Source of the DNA: Promethearchaeia archaeon
GTDB taxonomy: Archaea; Asgardarchaeota; Lokiarchaeia; Sigyniarchaeales; SOKP01
Direction: 5' to 3'
Assembly: GCA_029856155.1 (NCBI GenBank)
Contig: JAHQWL010000098.1
Span: 1 to 64,000 of the forward strand
DNA: 64,000 nt
Shown here: positions 1 through 10,684 of the stretch, in pieces
How positions within the stretch are numbered: the first letter of the stretch is position 1
How the letters are laid out: every line of letters starts with the position of its first letter
The notes under the pieces: generated by a model
The model's database searches: none
Seen by the model: the letters and a program-made list of their open reading frames with translations, nothing else
Told to the model about the DNA's origin: nothing
Made by a program: the position numbers and the translations under genes

Positions 1-124
1 AGAACGTGGAAGATTAGGGAGGTTGATACCGGAAATCTTGCTCAATTTGAAACTAATATAACGCATTTAGACGGGTTTTAAATAAATTTGTCGAGTGAGT
101 GGGTTTTGACACTTAAGTTTTTTT

Positions 125-991
125 TTATATTAAAGATTTTTCAAATAATATAACACCAAATCGTTCATCTTCGTAATAAGTAAATCCGAGTTTTTTAAGG
201 AGTTCTACTACATCAGATCTGCAAAAAATCTCAAAAATTATAGATTCTTGGGTTTCTAGCTCTTTTTGAATTGTATATTGAATCAAATCTCTCACTGCTT
301 TAGGTTTACCATACACAATCATCCAAACTTCTTGTTCTGAAGGGAGCTCATAATTATGAGATCTTCCAAATTCTATTTTTTGTAAGATAGCATCTTTATT
401 ATATAACCATGAGCCATGTTCATCAGTAATATATTTTAATGGAATATAAGACCAACCAATACAGATTTCATCTCCAGGGCCAATGTCAAATTCCTTATAG
501 AACTTTCTAGCATCTTTAGCTAAAATTTCTTCAAATTTTGGCGCTATTTTTTTAATTTTTTTAATATTATCAGAGTTAGCAACAACAAGATCCATGTATT
601 TTTTATGTTTAAATCCATAAAAATTAGCAAGTGAAATTGAAGCAAAATTTTTTGAAGATGTGTCATATTGGGCAATTTTCATTCCAATTTTTTTGGCATA
701 TTCTATAGCATAATTAAGTTGCATTTTACCAATACCTTGACCTTGATATGAAACTTTTATTCTCCCTCCTTCTAGCCATGCTATATCCTTATCATATAGC
801 TTTACTCTTCCAAATCCTATTAAATCTGTTTTATTCTCGTCTTTAAAAGTCCCATAATTCATACAATCCTTCTCTTGGAGCCACTCATGGATAACATACG
901 GAACATAATCATCACCCTCCCAAATATCTTTACTAATATCTTTTATAGCTGGAATATCTTCATAAGATAATTCTCGGAAATAAACTTTCAA
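125..991 (-). CDS. GNAT family N-acetyltransferase
   Basis: 288-aa ORF; acetyl-CoA motif A 'YQGQGIGK' and 'NFASISLANFYGF'. Confidence 0.85.
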   Translation of the reverse strand: MKVYFRELSYEDIPAIKDISKDIWEGDDYVPYVIHEWLQEKDCMNYGTFKDENKTDLIGFGRVKLYDKDIAWLEGGRIKVSYQGQGIGKMQLNYAIEYAKKIGMKIAQYDTSSKNFASISLANFYGFKHKKYMDLVVANSDNIKKIKKIAPKFEEILAKDARKFYKEFDIGPGDEICIGWSYIPLKYITDEHGSWLYNKDAILQKIEFGRSHNYELPSEQEVWMIVYGKPKAVRDLIQYTIQKELETQESIIFEIFCRSDVVELLKKLGFTYYEDERFGVILFEKSLI

Positions 992-1097
992 GCTAATACT
1001 TTCAAAACTTTAATTAATTTTAAATATAGAACTTACAATACAAATACTATTAAAAGTAGTTAAATTTGCTTAAAAAAATTTTTAAAAATGATCAAAA

Positions 1098-2828
1098 ATG
1101 ACAGAAAAAATGATGGAAAGTAGCCCATATTCGGAAAAAATATGGCTAAAATCTTATGACAAACATGTAAAGTCGGAGATTGATATTGAAATATATTCTT
1201 TAGCAGAAATGATGCGAAGAATAGTGAAAAACTATCCAGATAGTTTATGTTATGATTTTCAAGGTTCTTGTGCAACTTTTCACCAAACCGAGAAATACAT
1301 CAACAGCTTCGCAAATTTTTTAATTCAAAATGGAGTACAAAAAGGGGATAGAGTTGTCATAAATTTACCAAATCTTCCTCAGTTTATTGTAGCGTTATTT
1401 GGAACGTTCTATGCGGGATGCACTGTATCGGGGATGAATTTCCTTTTACAACCAAATGAAATAATTTATCAATTAAAGGATTGTGGTGCGGTAGCAATTA
1501 TTACTCTTGATTCATTTTACGAGGAAAAAGTCAGAGAGGCTCTTTCATCGGGAAAAACCGACGTAAAAATAGTGATTACTACTAGTGCAGGTGATGTATT
1601 AGATTTAGAGCCTAGTATGAAACAACAATTAATTAAAATAGGAAAAATTCCCTATGGAAAAGTTGAACCACTAAAAGGATTTAAATATTTTACATATAAT
1701 GAAATTTTAGAAAATTATTCGGGTGATAAATCCCCAGATGTAATAATTGAACCAGATGATATTTTATTACTTCAATATACGGGAGGGACAACAGGACCTC
1801 CAAAAGGAGCTATTTTAACACATGGTAATTTAATCTCGATTATTCAAATTGTAAATCATTGGTTTGAACCTGCACTTAAACCAGGTGAAGATGTTTATAT
1901 CTCGGGATTTCCATTCTTTCATCTAGCTGGTTTGCAATTTTGCCTGCAGACAATTTCTCAAGGTTGTGCTCAAATTTTAGTGCCAAATCCGAGAGACACA
2001 AACTATATGGTAAGTAAACTGAAAGAATATGAAGGTAAAGTATCCCTTATGTATAATGTTCCAACTCTCTATCTAATGCTTTTACAGAACCGGCGCTTTA
2101 AAAAAGTAGATTTAAGTTCATTTAATGGATATATATCTGGAGCAGCTCCATTTCCTACGGAAAGTATAAATGAATTTGAAGAAGTTGTAGGCAAAGGAAA
2201 AGTCGTAGAAGCTTATGGAATGACTGAAGCATCTCCAGGCGTCACTATGAATCCATATCTAGGAAAAAAGAAAATCGGAACTGTGGGTGTTCCTTTTCCG
2301 AACACAGAAGTAAAGCTAGTAGATGTCACAGATAGAAATCGAGAAGTTTCGTTAGGGGAAGCCGGTGAGATAGCAATTAGAGGTCCTCAGATATTTAAAG
2401 GTTATTGGAATAAACCCGAGGAAACAGAGAGCGCACTTGTTGATAGTTGGTTTTACTCTGGTGATGTAGGCGTTATGGATGAAGATGGATACATAACTAT
2501 AGTCGATCGCACGAAAGATATGATTATTGTGAGTGGGTATAAAGTATTTAGTGTAGAAGTAGATGATAAAATGAATAAGCATCCCGCAATTGAACTCTGT
2601 TCATCTGTAGGTATTCCCGATCCAGATCGTCCTGGTTCTGAAATGGTTAAATTATATGTATTGTTAAAAGAGGGATATAAACCATCCGAAGAAATTAAAG
2701 CAGCTATTCTAAAATTTGCTCAAGAAAACCTAGCTAAATATAAAATACCAAAATTCATCGAAATCCTCAAGGAAATGCCACTAACTTCGATAGGTAAAGT
2801 TGATAAAAAATTTTTAAGAAATAAATAA
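1098..2828 (+). CDS. fadD: Long-chain-fatty-acid--CoA ligase (AMP-binding family)
   Basis: YTGGTTGPPKG AMP-binding signature, YGMTE, SGDVG..DEDGYITIVDRTKDMI, terminal GKVDKK. Confidence 0.9.
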   Translation: MTEKMMESSPYSEKIWLKSYDKHVKSEIDIEIYSLAEMMRRIVKNYPDSLCYDFQGSCATFHQTEKYINSFANFLIQNGVQKGDRVVINLPNLPQFIVALFGTFYAGCTVSGMNFLLQPNEIIYQLKDCGAVAIITLDSFYEEKVREALSSGKTDVKIVITTSAGDVLDLEPSMKQQLIKIGKIPYGKVEPLKGFKYFTYNEILENYSGDKSPDVIIEPDDILLLQYTGGTTGPPKGAILTHGNLISIIQIVNHWFEPALKPGEDVYISGFPFFHLAGLQFCLQTISQGCAQILVPNPRDTNYMVSKLKEYEGKVSLMYNVPTLYLMLLQNRRFKKVDLSSFNGYISGAAPFPTESINEFEEVVGKGKVVEAYGMTEASPGVTMNPYLGKKKIGTVGVPFPNTEVKLVDVTDRNREVSLGEAGEIAIRGPQIFKGYWNKPEETESALVDSWFYSGDVGVMDEDGYITIVDRTKDMIIVSGYKVFSVEVDDKMNKHPAIELCSSVGIPDPDRPGSEMVKLYVLLKEGYKPSEEIKAAILKFAQENLAKYKIPKFIEILKEMPLTSIGKVDKKFLRNK

Positions 2829-2844
2829 TTTTTTTGATTTTTTT

Positions 2845-3450
2845 TTAATTATTGTTTTTGTATTTGTTCTTATAATATCGTCTATAAAGGTTATAATGCA
2901 AAAAAAATGCTATAATAGAATGAGCAATTATACATGGGAGAAATCCAAAAGAAAAAAAAATATATCCAAGATATAATCCTAATAAAAATGGAAAAATCAG
3001 ATTGATCAATAGAATTTTTAAATTCTTAGAAGAAAACCAAGTATGGATGTGATAAAAAGAAAAAGCTAAACTTGAGATTAAAATTATTAAGATATTTTGT
3101 ATATTTAATAATGAATTTAAAATACCAATAGAATAATATCGGAAAATCAGCTCTTCCATCAGCATTGTTATAAGGAATAAAATCCATATAACAAATTTAT
3201 TGTTTTTATGAATTAATGTGTTTATCACATCGTGTTTTTTAATTAATTCAAAAATTTGATCATTATAGGCGAAAACCTCTATTATAAACCCTAAAAAAAG
3301 AAGACCAAATGCACCGAGAACTAAAATTAAAAGCGAAATTAAATTGATCATTTTAATTAGAAAATATTCAATAAAAACACCAAAGAATAATGGAATCATC
3401 AGTATTATTGTTATTATGCAAATAATGATGTATTTTCTAAAATTATTCAC
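2845..3450 (-). CDS. CPBP (CAAX/Abi) family intramembrane metalloprotease
   Basis: EELIFR, FSFYH and IIAHSI motifs; hydrophobic helices. Confidence 0.85.
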   Translation of the reverse strand: MNNFRKYIIICIITIILMIPLFFGVFIEYFLIKMINLISLLILVLGAFGLLFLGFIIEVFAYNDQIFELIKKHDVINTLIHKNNKFVIWILFLITMLMEELIFRYYSIGILNSLLNIQNILIILISSLAFSFYHIHTWFSSKNLKILLINLIFPFLLGLYLGYIFFSFGFLPCIIAHSIIAFFLHYNLYRRYYKNKYKNNN

Positions 3451-3484
3451 AATTCAATAAACCTAATCATTAATTAAGGGGAAT

Positions 3485-3769
3485 CTAACTGGGATAATCA
3501 TTCTTGGAGCCCATAAGTGTAGTAGTTTCCTCAATCCACTGAGATAAATCTTTATCTACCCTACAGAAAGTGATAATTTTATCAATATCTCTTAGGTTTG
3601 AAAATGAGCACTCAACAATCACATCCCATCCTCCATATATGGGAGTTGCATAAGTTATTTTCCAATCCTCATCTGGTTCAGTAGATTTTAAATCAGTTAA
3701 TTTTTCAACAACTTTCCATTCTGTACCAATTGCTTTCAGACGAATCAAGATGTATCCACGATAATAAAT
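3485..3769 (-). CDS. Small Lrp/AsnC ligand-binding-domain-like protein (start probably ATT 3769; ORF track gives TTG 3748)
   Basis: GYILIR...IYGGWDVIVE..ETTTL pattern of stand-alone RAM domains; SD-like AGGTG 6 nt before ATT. Confidence 0.6.
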   Translation of the reverse strand: MYYRGYILIRLKAIGTEWKVVEKLTDLKSTEPDEDWKITYATPIYGGWDVIVECSFSNLRDIDKIITFCRVDKDLSQWIEETTTLMGSKNDYPS

Positions 3770-3913
3770 TTCTTACACCTATGATTTATATTTATTCAGG
3801 CTTATAAGGCTCTTTAGAATTACTATCATTAATTTAAGTTTAAATATATTTAAGTAATTTAATGTTTCTATTATAAATTGTTCTATTAAAAAAATTAAAG
3901 GGATATTACAGTT

Positions 3914-5431
3914 ATGTCAGATTTATATAACAAATTAGAGAAGATAGTTGCTGATAAATTCATTTCTAATGATATTTATGTACGCCATGCGTATTCACGA
4001 AATGTAGATATAGTTTTACAAGGAGTTCCCGATATTGTTATAAGACCAAAGGATGCCCAAGAGATTTCAGAGATTCTTAAAGTTGCAAATGAAGAAAATG
4101 TACCTGTTATTCCGCGTGGAGCTGGAATTTGTGAATTTGGGGGTAGCAAACCCATTGGAGATAACGGTATTGTCTTAGATCTGAAAAGAATGGACAATAT
4201 TCTAAACCTAGATGAAGAAAATCTTATTGTAACTGTTGGAGCAGGAATTTCATGGGGTAAATTAAACGAATTTCTCTGTCAATTTGGGTTATATACAGGA
4301 TGTATGGGTCCAGGATCAGGAATGTCTGCATCAATTGGAGGTGGTATCTCACATCATTCAGTAGGTGGTGGAGGTTGTGCTAAGTATGGTGCCTGTACAA
4401 ATCAATTGGTTTCGTTAGAAGTTGTTTTACCCACTGGAGAGATTATTGAGACTGGATCTCAAGCAAATAGATTTTCAAAACTGCCATTCAATAGATTTGG
4501 CAATGGTCCAGATTTAGCAGGAATATTTTGCGGCGATAATGGAATATTTGGTGTTAAAACAAAAGTGTCATTGCAAGTCTTCCCAAAACCTGAATATGCT
4601 GAATATAAAACATTTCAATTACCAAGAAAGGAAAGAGAAGTTTCCGCTAAGATTTTATCTGAAATCCGACACAAAGGAATTGATGTTTATGATGCGATGT
4701 ATCTTATGGATCTTCTTGTGAGAATTTATACACAGGAAGGTGTTATGCCTATGTGGAATCAATTAAAAAAGAAAAGAGGAATTATATTCTATACTGTAGA
4801 GGCAAATACAGAAATCGAATTAGCTGAAAAAGTTAGTCAATTGGATAAAATTATGCAAGATAATAAGACTGAATATCTAGGATCAGAAATATCTGAAGGT
4901 AATATTGCAAGATGGCACTATGAGGAGCAAGGTCATTGGCAATTCTACCACAATTTATGGGGAATATTTCCTACAATGCAACCGTTAACAGCAGAATGTT
5001 TTTGTCCAATTAATATATATCCTAAAATTATGGATGATATTGATCAATGGGATATGGAACATGACGGGGATATGCGAAAAATATTTGAAGTTGCTGGTAA
5101 TCGTCCTATTGCAGGAAGTGGTCCTATTCTACTAATTGATGGGAATAATGTGGAGATTACATGCGGTTTTGCCAGTTTTGGGAGTTATATTAATGGAGAA
5201 ATTCATGATTTTATTGATGATTTAAATCTTGCCCTCTGGAAATCTTTGTTAGAAAGGGTAACTAAACACGGGGTGCAATGGTACATGATGGGAGAATTCA
5301 TGTCTCGTTTAATGGTGGATATTGGAGCTTATTCAGAAGAATTTTACAAATTAATGAAGTTAATTAAAAAAACTATCGATCCAAATATGATTTTAAGTAG
5401 AGGAAAGTTTAATTTTTGGGGTGATAAATGA
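3914..5431 (+). CDS. FAD-binding oxidoreductase, GlcD/D-lactate dehydrogenase-like
   Basis: PDIVIRP..VIPRGAG, ASIGGGI, LEVVLPTGEII, C-terminal IDPNMILSRGK. Confidence 0.85.
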   Translation: MSDLYNKLEKIVADKFISNDIYVRHAYSRNVDIVLQGVPDIVIRPKDAQEISEILKVANEENVPVIPRGAGICEFGGSKPIGDNGIVLDLKRMDNILNLDEENLIVTVGAGISWGKLNEFLCQFGLYTGCMGPGSGMSASIGGGISHHSVGGGGCAKYGACTNQLVSLEVVLPTGEIIETGSQANRFSKLPFNRFGNGPDLAGIFCGDNGIFGVKTKVSLQVFPKPEYAEYKTFQLPRKEREVSAKILSEIRHKGIDVYDAMYLMDLLVRIYTQEGVMPMWNQLKKKRGIIFYTVEANTEIELAEKVSQLDKIMQDNKTEYLGSEISEGNIARWHYEEQGHWQFYHNLWGIFPTMQPLTAECFCPINIYPKIMDDIDQWDMEHDGDMRKIFEVAGNRPIAGSGPILLIDGNNVEITCGFASFGSYINGEIHDFIDDLNLALWKSLLERVTKHGVQWYMMGEFMSRLMVDIGAYSEEFYKLMKLIKKTIDPNMILSRGKFNFWGDK

Positions 5432-6668
5432 AATGAGTAATTTAAAACATTTAAAAGAAGAATGGAAGGCAGTGTTTTCTTGTATGGGATGTGGCGATTG
5501 TGGATATGCTATAAGACCAGCTGTAGGAAGATACTTAACATGCCCCGTGAAAGAAGCAAAAGGAGAAGAAGGATTTGAGATTTACTTCTCCAGAGGGAGG
5601 ATGAATATTCTTAAAAGCCTTTTAGAAGGTAAGATCCATTTAAGTAAAGAGCTCGCTAAATGGGTATACCAATGTTCAGAGTGTGGTAATTGTACTGAAG
5701 TTTGCCATATGACCCAAAATGAAAACATTATTCTTCCAACATGTAAATGGATAGATCATGTGAAAGTTTGGGACGCATTGAGAAAAGACTTAATAGAAGC
5801 TGGTTTTGCACCCCTCGATCGCCATAGAAATATTGTTGATTATATGAATAATGATACAATGAAAAATCCTTATGGAGAGGAAAAAACTAAAAAATTCGAA
5901 TGGACAAAAGAATTCCCTGAGATAAAAGACAAAGGTGAATTTATATTCTTCGGAGGTTGCACAATGCCTTTAAGACAAGTGGATACATTGAAAAATATGA
6001 TGAAAATCTTAACAGTTACTGGTAAAGAGATTGCAATGTCGAAGGATGAATCGTGTTGCGGTTCTATAGCTTTACGCATAGGAAATGAAAAATCTGTCCT
6101 TGAAACTTTAAAGCATAATGTAGAAGAATTTAAAAAAATGGGAGCTAAAACGTTATTTACTGCCTGTGCAGGATGCTACAGAACTTGGAAAAAAGACTAT
6201 CCAGAGTTGTTAGGGGAAGCTTTACCTTTTGAAGTGAAACATATCACAGAAGTTTTAACTGATATGTTGAATAACAATGAAATTCCTTTTAAAACAGAAG
6301 AAGGAGAAAAATTAAAGGTAACATACCATGATCCTTGCCATCTCGGTCGGCATATGGATTTATACGAGATTCCTCGTGAAATCATATCTAAAATCCCTGG
6401 AATTGAACTTATCGAAATGAAAAGGAATAGGAAAAATGCTTGGTGCTGTGGAGCGGGAGGAGGTGTAAAAAGTCAATTTCCAGATTTAGCTCTTGAAATT
6501 TCAAAAGAAAGAATTAGAGAAGCTGTAGAATCTGGAGCTGATATATTAACAACTAGTTGTCCGTTTTGTATAGGAAATTTAAAAGATGCATATAAGGAAA
6601 TGGCGCGAGATGTTCAAGAAAAAATAAAACTGGTTGATATTATAGATTTATTAGCTTCTAAAATTTAA
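5421..6668 (+). CDS. Fe-S oxidoreductase, GlcF/HdrD-like (4Fe-4S plus two CCG domains)
   Basis: CxxCxxC motifs, ESCCG, ACAGC, TYHDPCHLGR, WCCGAGGG, TSCPFC; overlaps the upstream FAD subunit. Confidence 0.88.
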   Translation: MINEMSNLKHLKEEWKAVFSCMGCGDCGYAIRPAVGRYLTCPVKEAKGEEGFEIYFSRGRMNILKSLLEGKIHLSKELAKWVYQCSECGNCTEVCHMTQNENIILPTCKWIDHVKVWDALRKDLIEAGFAPLDRHRNIVDYMNNDTMKNPYGEEKTKKFEWTKEFPEIKDKGEFIFFGGCTMPLRQVDTLKNMMKILTVTGKEIAMSKDESCCGSIALRIGNEKSVLETLKHNVEEFKKMGAKTLFTACAGCYRTWKKDYPELLGEALPFEVKHITEVLTDMLNNNEIPFKTEEGEKLKVTYHDPCHLGRHMDLYEIPREIISKIPGIELIEMKRNRKNAWCCGAGGGVKSQFPDLALEISKERIREAVESGADILTTSCPFCIGNLKDAYKEMARDVQEKIKLVDIIDLLASKI

Positions 6669-6793
6669 GCAATAAATTCTGTTAAAAATTAGGTTCATTT
6701 TTTTCTTATACTCAAGTTTAAATATATTTTTTGTTATTTTTTATAAAAAGAACTCATAATTGTCTATAAAAAATCATTTATAGTGTTTCTAAA

Positions 6794-7708
6794 ATGACAA
6801 CCAAGATAAGTTTAATAGGGAAACCTGAAGTTGGAAAAACAACAATCAAAAAGGTAATTCTCGAAGGAGAAGACCCCAGCAAGTTGATAATATTCCCCCT
6901 TGAAGCTACAATAGGGATTCAATATTCTGTGCATGATTTTATGGATTTAAAGATTAGTTTATTAGACACTCCTGGTCAATCACTTCCATTATTATTAGAA
7001 GATGAAGCAAAACAAATAATGACATTTGGAGATACGAGCGCGATAATTTATATTTTCGATTATCCTACTTGGATCGAAAATTCTCAAGATATCATTAACG
7101 ATATTAAAAAAATCTATGAAATTAAAAAAAAAATAGAAGTGGATGCGAAGATTATCTTATTTCTTCATAAAATTGATCTCCTAATTAATAAGAAGATCGG
7201 TAGCATGCTTACTTTAATTAGAAGACAAGTAGTAAAACAATTAAACCTACCCGAGGAATTACCGATTTATTTTACTAGTCTACATCCTAATTTAATTTAT
7301 ACTGTTTATAATGCTATTTCAGATATATTTAGTAACTTTTCAAAAGATTCTTCAAATCTAAAGGAAATTATTAAAAAAATCATGAATGGTTCATCGAAAA
7401 CAATGTGTGTTGTTTCTAATCAAAAAAATAACCTAATTATTCAAGTTTCTACTCCTGATTTTGATGCTAGCACACTTTATTACTTATATGAAGTTATTTA
7501 TCAATTTAGTAAATCAACAGAAGAAATCCATTCCAAAAGTAAGTTTATAAATGCAGGTTCGAAAATATTATACATGTTAGGAGATGATATCAGCAAATTT
7601 AATTCAAATTTCAAGAATATAATGTTTTTCTCAGAGATTTTGGAAGAAAACGGGCTGCATAAGCTATTAAGTGATGTAAAAGAAAATTTAAACCAAAAGT
7701 ATAATTAA
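6794..7708 (+). CDS. Small GTPase, Rag/Gtr-like, with C-terminal extension
   Basis: G1 GKPEVGKT, G3 DTPGQ, G4 LHKID (HKxD as in Rag GTPases), G5 FTSL. Confidence 0.75.
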   Translation: MTTKISLIGKPEVGKTTIKKVILEGEDPSKLIIFPLEATIGIQYSVHDFMDLKISLLDTPGQSLPLLLEDEAKQIMTFGDTSAIIYIFDYPTWIENSQDIINDIKKIYEIKKKIEVDAKIILFLHKIDLLINKKIGSMLTLIRRQVVKQLNLPEELPIYFTSLHPNLIYTVYNAISDIFSNFSKDSSNLKEIIKKIMNGSSKTMCVVSNQKNNLIIQVSTPDFDASTLYYLYEVIYQFSKSTEEIHSKSKFINAGSKILYMLGDDISKFNSNFKNIMFFSEILEENGLHKLLSDVKENLNQKYN

Positions 7709-7733
7709 ATAAGAAATTATAAGGAAATAAAAC

Positions 7734-8789
7734 ATGTTAAGACAAGTTTATATAATTTTTAATGATGAAATAATTTATCAAAGGAATTACGCTAAAGGTT
7801 TAGACGATTCTCTCTTTACAAATGTCTATATGAACATTAAACAATCAGCTTTTGGAAAATTTTCTGAAGAAACTGCATCATATGAATTTTTTAAGGTAAA
7901 TCTTTCATATATTGTTGAGAAAAGTTTATCTCTAATCATTTTATTTGTAACAGGATTAGGGGATGATTTTAAGAATATTAAGCCCCAATTACATAATTTT
8001 CAAAAAGAATTTTTAGATTTCTATGGTGATAACCTAAAAAATGGCAGTGTTTCAATAATCCCAGATATTTTTAACCCAATAGTTGATAATATCCATAGAA
8101 ATTTAAAACCAAAAATATCGATTGTGGGATTTTCCGGAGTTGGAAAGACCACAACTACTAGATTGATAAAATCAGAAGAAATTCCGATGCAGCATATTCC
8201 CACAATTACAGGTGAAGTTGCAACTATAAAAATCGGCAAGTTACACTTTTTTCTTTGGGATTTTGCCGGACAAGACCAATTTGACTTTCTTTGGGAGAAG
8301 TTTATAAGAGGAAGCGATGCTGTACTCTTAATGACCGATTCAACTTTAGAAAACTTAGAAAAAAGTAAATTTTTCTTTGAATTAGTAAATAAAACAATCC
8401 CGTATGCTCGCTTAGCAGTAATAGCCAATAAACAGGATCTCCCCGAAGCAATGAAGATTACTGATATAGAAAGATTAATGGGACAAAATACTTATTCTAT
8501 GATTGCTATTGACCCAAATAATAGACCAAAAATGATCCGGATAATAGCAGATCTTTTAGATATGGATGCAAAAGTATCACCATTGCTGAAACCTATTTTT
8601 GAAAGAGATATATTAATGGATCAAGCTCAAGATGCTTTGGAACAAGGAGACTTTAATAAAGCTATAGAAATTTTTGAGAAAATTAGTACTATTTGCCTTG
8701 AACTTGGAGATGATTCACTTTCTATTGAACTTCAAGAAAAAGCCCAAAAAATAAGAAGCATTTTAGGATCATTACCAAGTTCTAGTTAG
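7734..8789 (+). CDS. Longin-like domain + Arf-like small GTPase + C-terminal helical domain
   Basis: G1 GFSGVGKT, G2 PTIT, G3 WDFAGQ, G4 ANKQD; ~120-aa N-terminal beta/alpha domain. Confidence 0.8.
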   Translation: MLRQVYIIFNDEIIYQRNYAKGLDDSLFTNVYMNIKQSAFGKFSEETASYEFFKVNLSYIVEKSLSLIILFVTGLGDDFKNIKPQLHNFQKEFLDFYGDNLKNGSVSIIPDIFNPIVDNIHRNLKPKISIVGFSGVGKTTTTRLIKSEEIPMQHIPTITGEVATIKIGKLHFFLWDFAGQDQFDFLWEKFIRGSDAVLLMTDSTLENLEKSKFFFELVNKTIPYARLAVIANKQDLPEAMKITDIERLMGQNTYSMIAIDPNNRPKMIRIIADLLDMDAKVSPLLKPIFERDILMDQAQDALEQGDFNKAIEIFEKISTICLELGDDSLSIELQEKAQKIRSILGSLPSSS

Positions 8790-10430
8790 ATTTTGAAGAA
8801 ATACTAAAACCTCTTTTTTTCCAATCGGGACGAAATTAGTGCGAAATATTATCTGATTACCTTTAAATGGTAAAATAAATTTCATTTCCAAAGTTTCTTG
8901 GGTTTCGTGGGCTTTTTCTATCTTAATAAGTGCGTCTTCAGCAATATACTTTGGTAAAAACTCGTAGATACTCTTTCCTATGAAAGTTTGAGATGAATTT
9001 TTCAGGGCAAATATTTGTTCTAATTTTTTATCTAATTTGATGTCTTGAAAGATACCATCAGTTGAAATTCTAAAAATTGAGAATGGAATATGGTTAAGAA
9101 GAATAGCATTTTGTGCCTCACTATGCTTTAAAGCGTCTTGATTTTGCATTTTTTCTAAAGCAGTTCCTATTTCTAATCCGATTGTGATTATTAATTCCAT
9201 ATCTTCAATGCCTAGATTCCTTTTTTCTTTTAGAAGCATATTAATGCTACCTATTATTTTAAATTTAGAAAATAATGGAATTACCGCTCCAAAAACAAAT
9301 TCAAATCCTCTAAAAAATTTCTTCAGAATATCAGGGAAGTTTTGATTAAATAATGCAACCCCTTGGGTAAAAACAATTTTAAAAGGACTCTCAGAAATGT
9401 CCAGATTATCATTTTGTTCAATAAAAAATTCTGGAAATCCTTTACACACCTTGATTTTGGCAATATTACTAGATTTATCTAATAAATAGATACAACATCC
9501 TTTTAAATCTAATAAATCTCTAATACTATCTACAGTTTTTTTTAATAAATTATTTAAATCATCCGTTTGATTGGCTATACTTATGAAAGTGTTTAATATA
9601 TCAATTTTTCTAGCATGCTCCTTCAGTTTTTCCTCAGTTATTTGTATATCAGTGAGATCGTGAAACAAATATTGAATAAAAAACTCCTCTCCCAATTGAA
9701 TCTCATTAATATTCACTTCCAGATATAATTGGGAACCCGAAGATTTTTTTATCCTTGATATAATAGGTGGTGGTTGATCTATTAAATGTTTTACTATATT
9801 TGGGTCAATTAATCCCTCATTAAATAAATCAAGTTCTAATGCTTTAATCCCAACTATTTCATCTTTAGTCATTTCAACTAATTTTTCAGCTTCTAGATTT
9901 ACATCGACAATAGTACCCATATCACGATTTATTATGAATATAGCATCACGTGCTGCCTGAAATAAAGCTTGATATCGATGTTCTGCCATTTCTAAAGTTT
10001 GAATTACGGGCTTAATAGATTCAAAATAAGAAAAAAAGAAACTCTCAATTTCCTTAAGTTTATTAACATCTGCTTTATGATTTTTAGGTTCATAATCAAA
10101 AGCTAGGTAAGCATCTTCAATATTTATAAGATAATTAGCAAAGCCTTCAAGAAGTTTATTTGCCAACATTAAACTTATTTCAGTTTTAATATCAGTTATA
10201 ATTGTAACTAAAAAGCTTTCATACCCTCCCCTAGCAAACTTATTGGGCTGTTTAAAGAAGAGATTTGCAGTTTTAATTGCCTTAAATATGTGAATAAACA
10301 CTCCTTTTGTTGGGAGCTCTATTAGCGAAGGAATATCTTTTATGAGTTCGTCATTTAATGATTTTGGAGCTTTTAAAAAAATACTAGGTCCAAAAAGAGG
10401 ATCAAAACGAACAAGCAGGAATCCAATCAA
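8772..10430 (-). CDS. uDENN/longin-like N-terminal domain fused to PAS-GAF-PAS sensor domains
   Basis: N-terminal 'FDPLFGP'; PAS 'YQALFQAARDAIFII..IVDVN...HDLTD'; GAF 'VIPLFSKFKIIGSINM'; no kinase output domain. Confidence 0.7.
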   Translation of the reverse strand: MIGFLLVRFDPLFGPSIFLKAPKSLNDELIKDIPSLIELPTKGVFIHIFKAIKTANLFFKQPNKFARGGYESFLVTIITDIKTEISLMLANKLLEGFANYLINIEDAYLAFDYEPKNHKADVNKLKEIESFFFSYFESIKPVIQTLEMAEHRYQALFQAARDAIFIINRDMGTIVDVNLEAEKLVEMTKDEIVGIKALELDLFNEGLIDPNIVKHLIDQPPPIISRIKKSSGSQLYLEVNINEIQLGEEFFIQYLFHDLTDIQITEEKLKEHARKIDILNTFISIANQTDDLNNLLKKTVDSIRDLLDLKGCCIYLLDKSSNIAKIKVCKGFPEFFIEQNDNLDISESPFKIVFTQGVALFNQNFPDILKKFFRGFEFVFGAVIPLFSKFKIIGSINMLLKEKRNLGIEDMELIITIGLEIGTALEKMQNQDALKHSEAQNAILLNHIPFSIFRISTDGIFQDIKLDKKLEQIFALKNSSQTFIGKSIYEFLPKYIAEDALIKIEKAHETQETLEMKFILPFKGNQIIFRTNFVPIGKKEVLVFLQNLTRTW

Positions 10431-10684
10431 ATAATCTCACAAATATATTCTTATAATCGGGATCTTTAAGTAATAATAGAATCATAAAAATTTATTGTTA
10501 TATATTTATTTTTAAATAGTGGTTGCCCGAACTTTTATCATTAAATTCTAAAGCTTACTTAAAAGATAACGATTATGGCTGATGATTTTATATTAATTTT
10601 AAATTTTTTCAGTTTTAAGACAGTCAATCTCCTTTTATAATTTTATAGGGAAATATTATAAAAGGATTATATTTTTACATTATC

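Noticed and set aside
1-81. Possible 3' end of a CDS entering the window on the + strand
   Set aside because: Only 26 codons with no recognisable motif.
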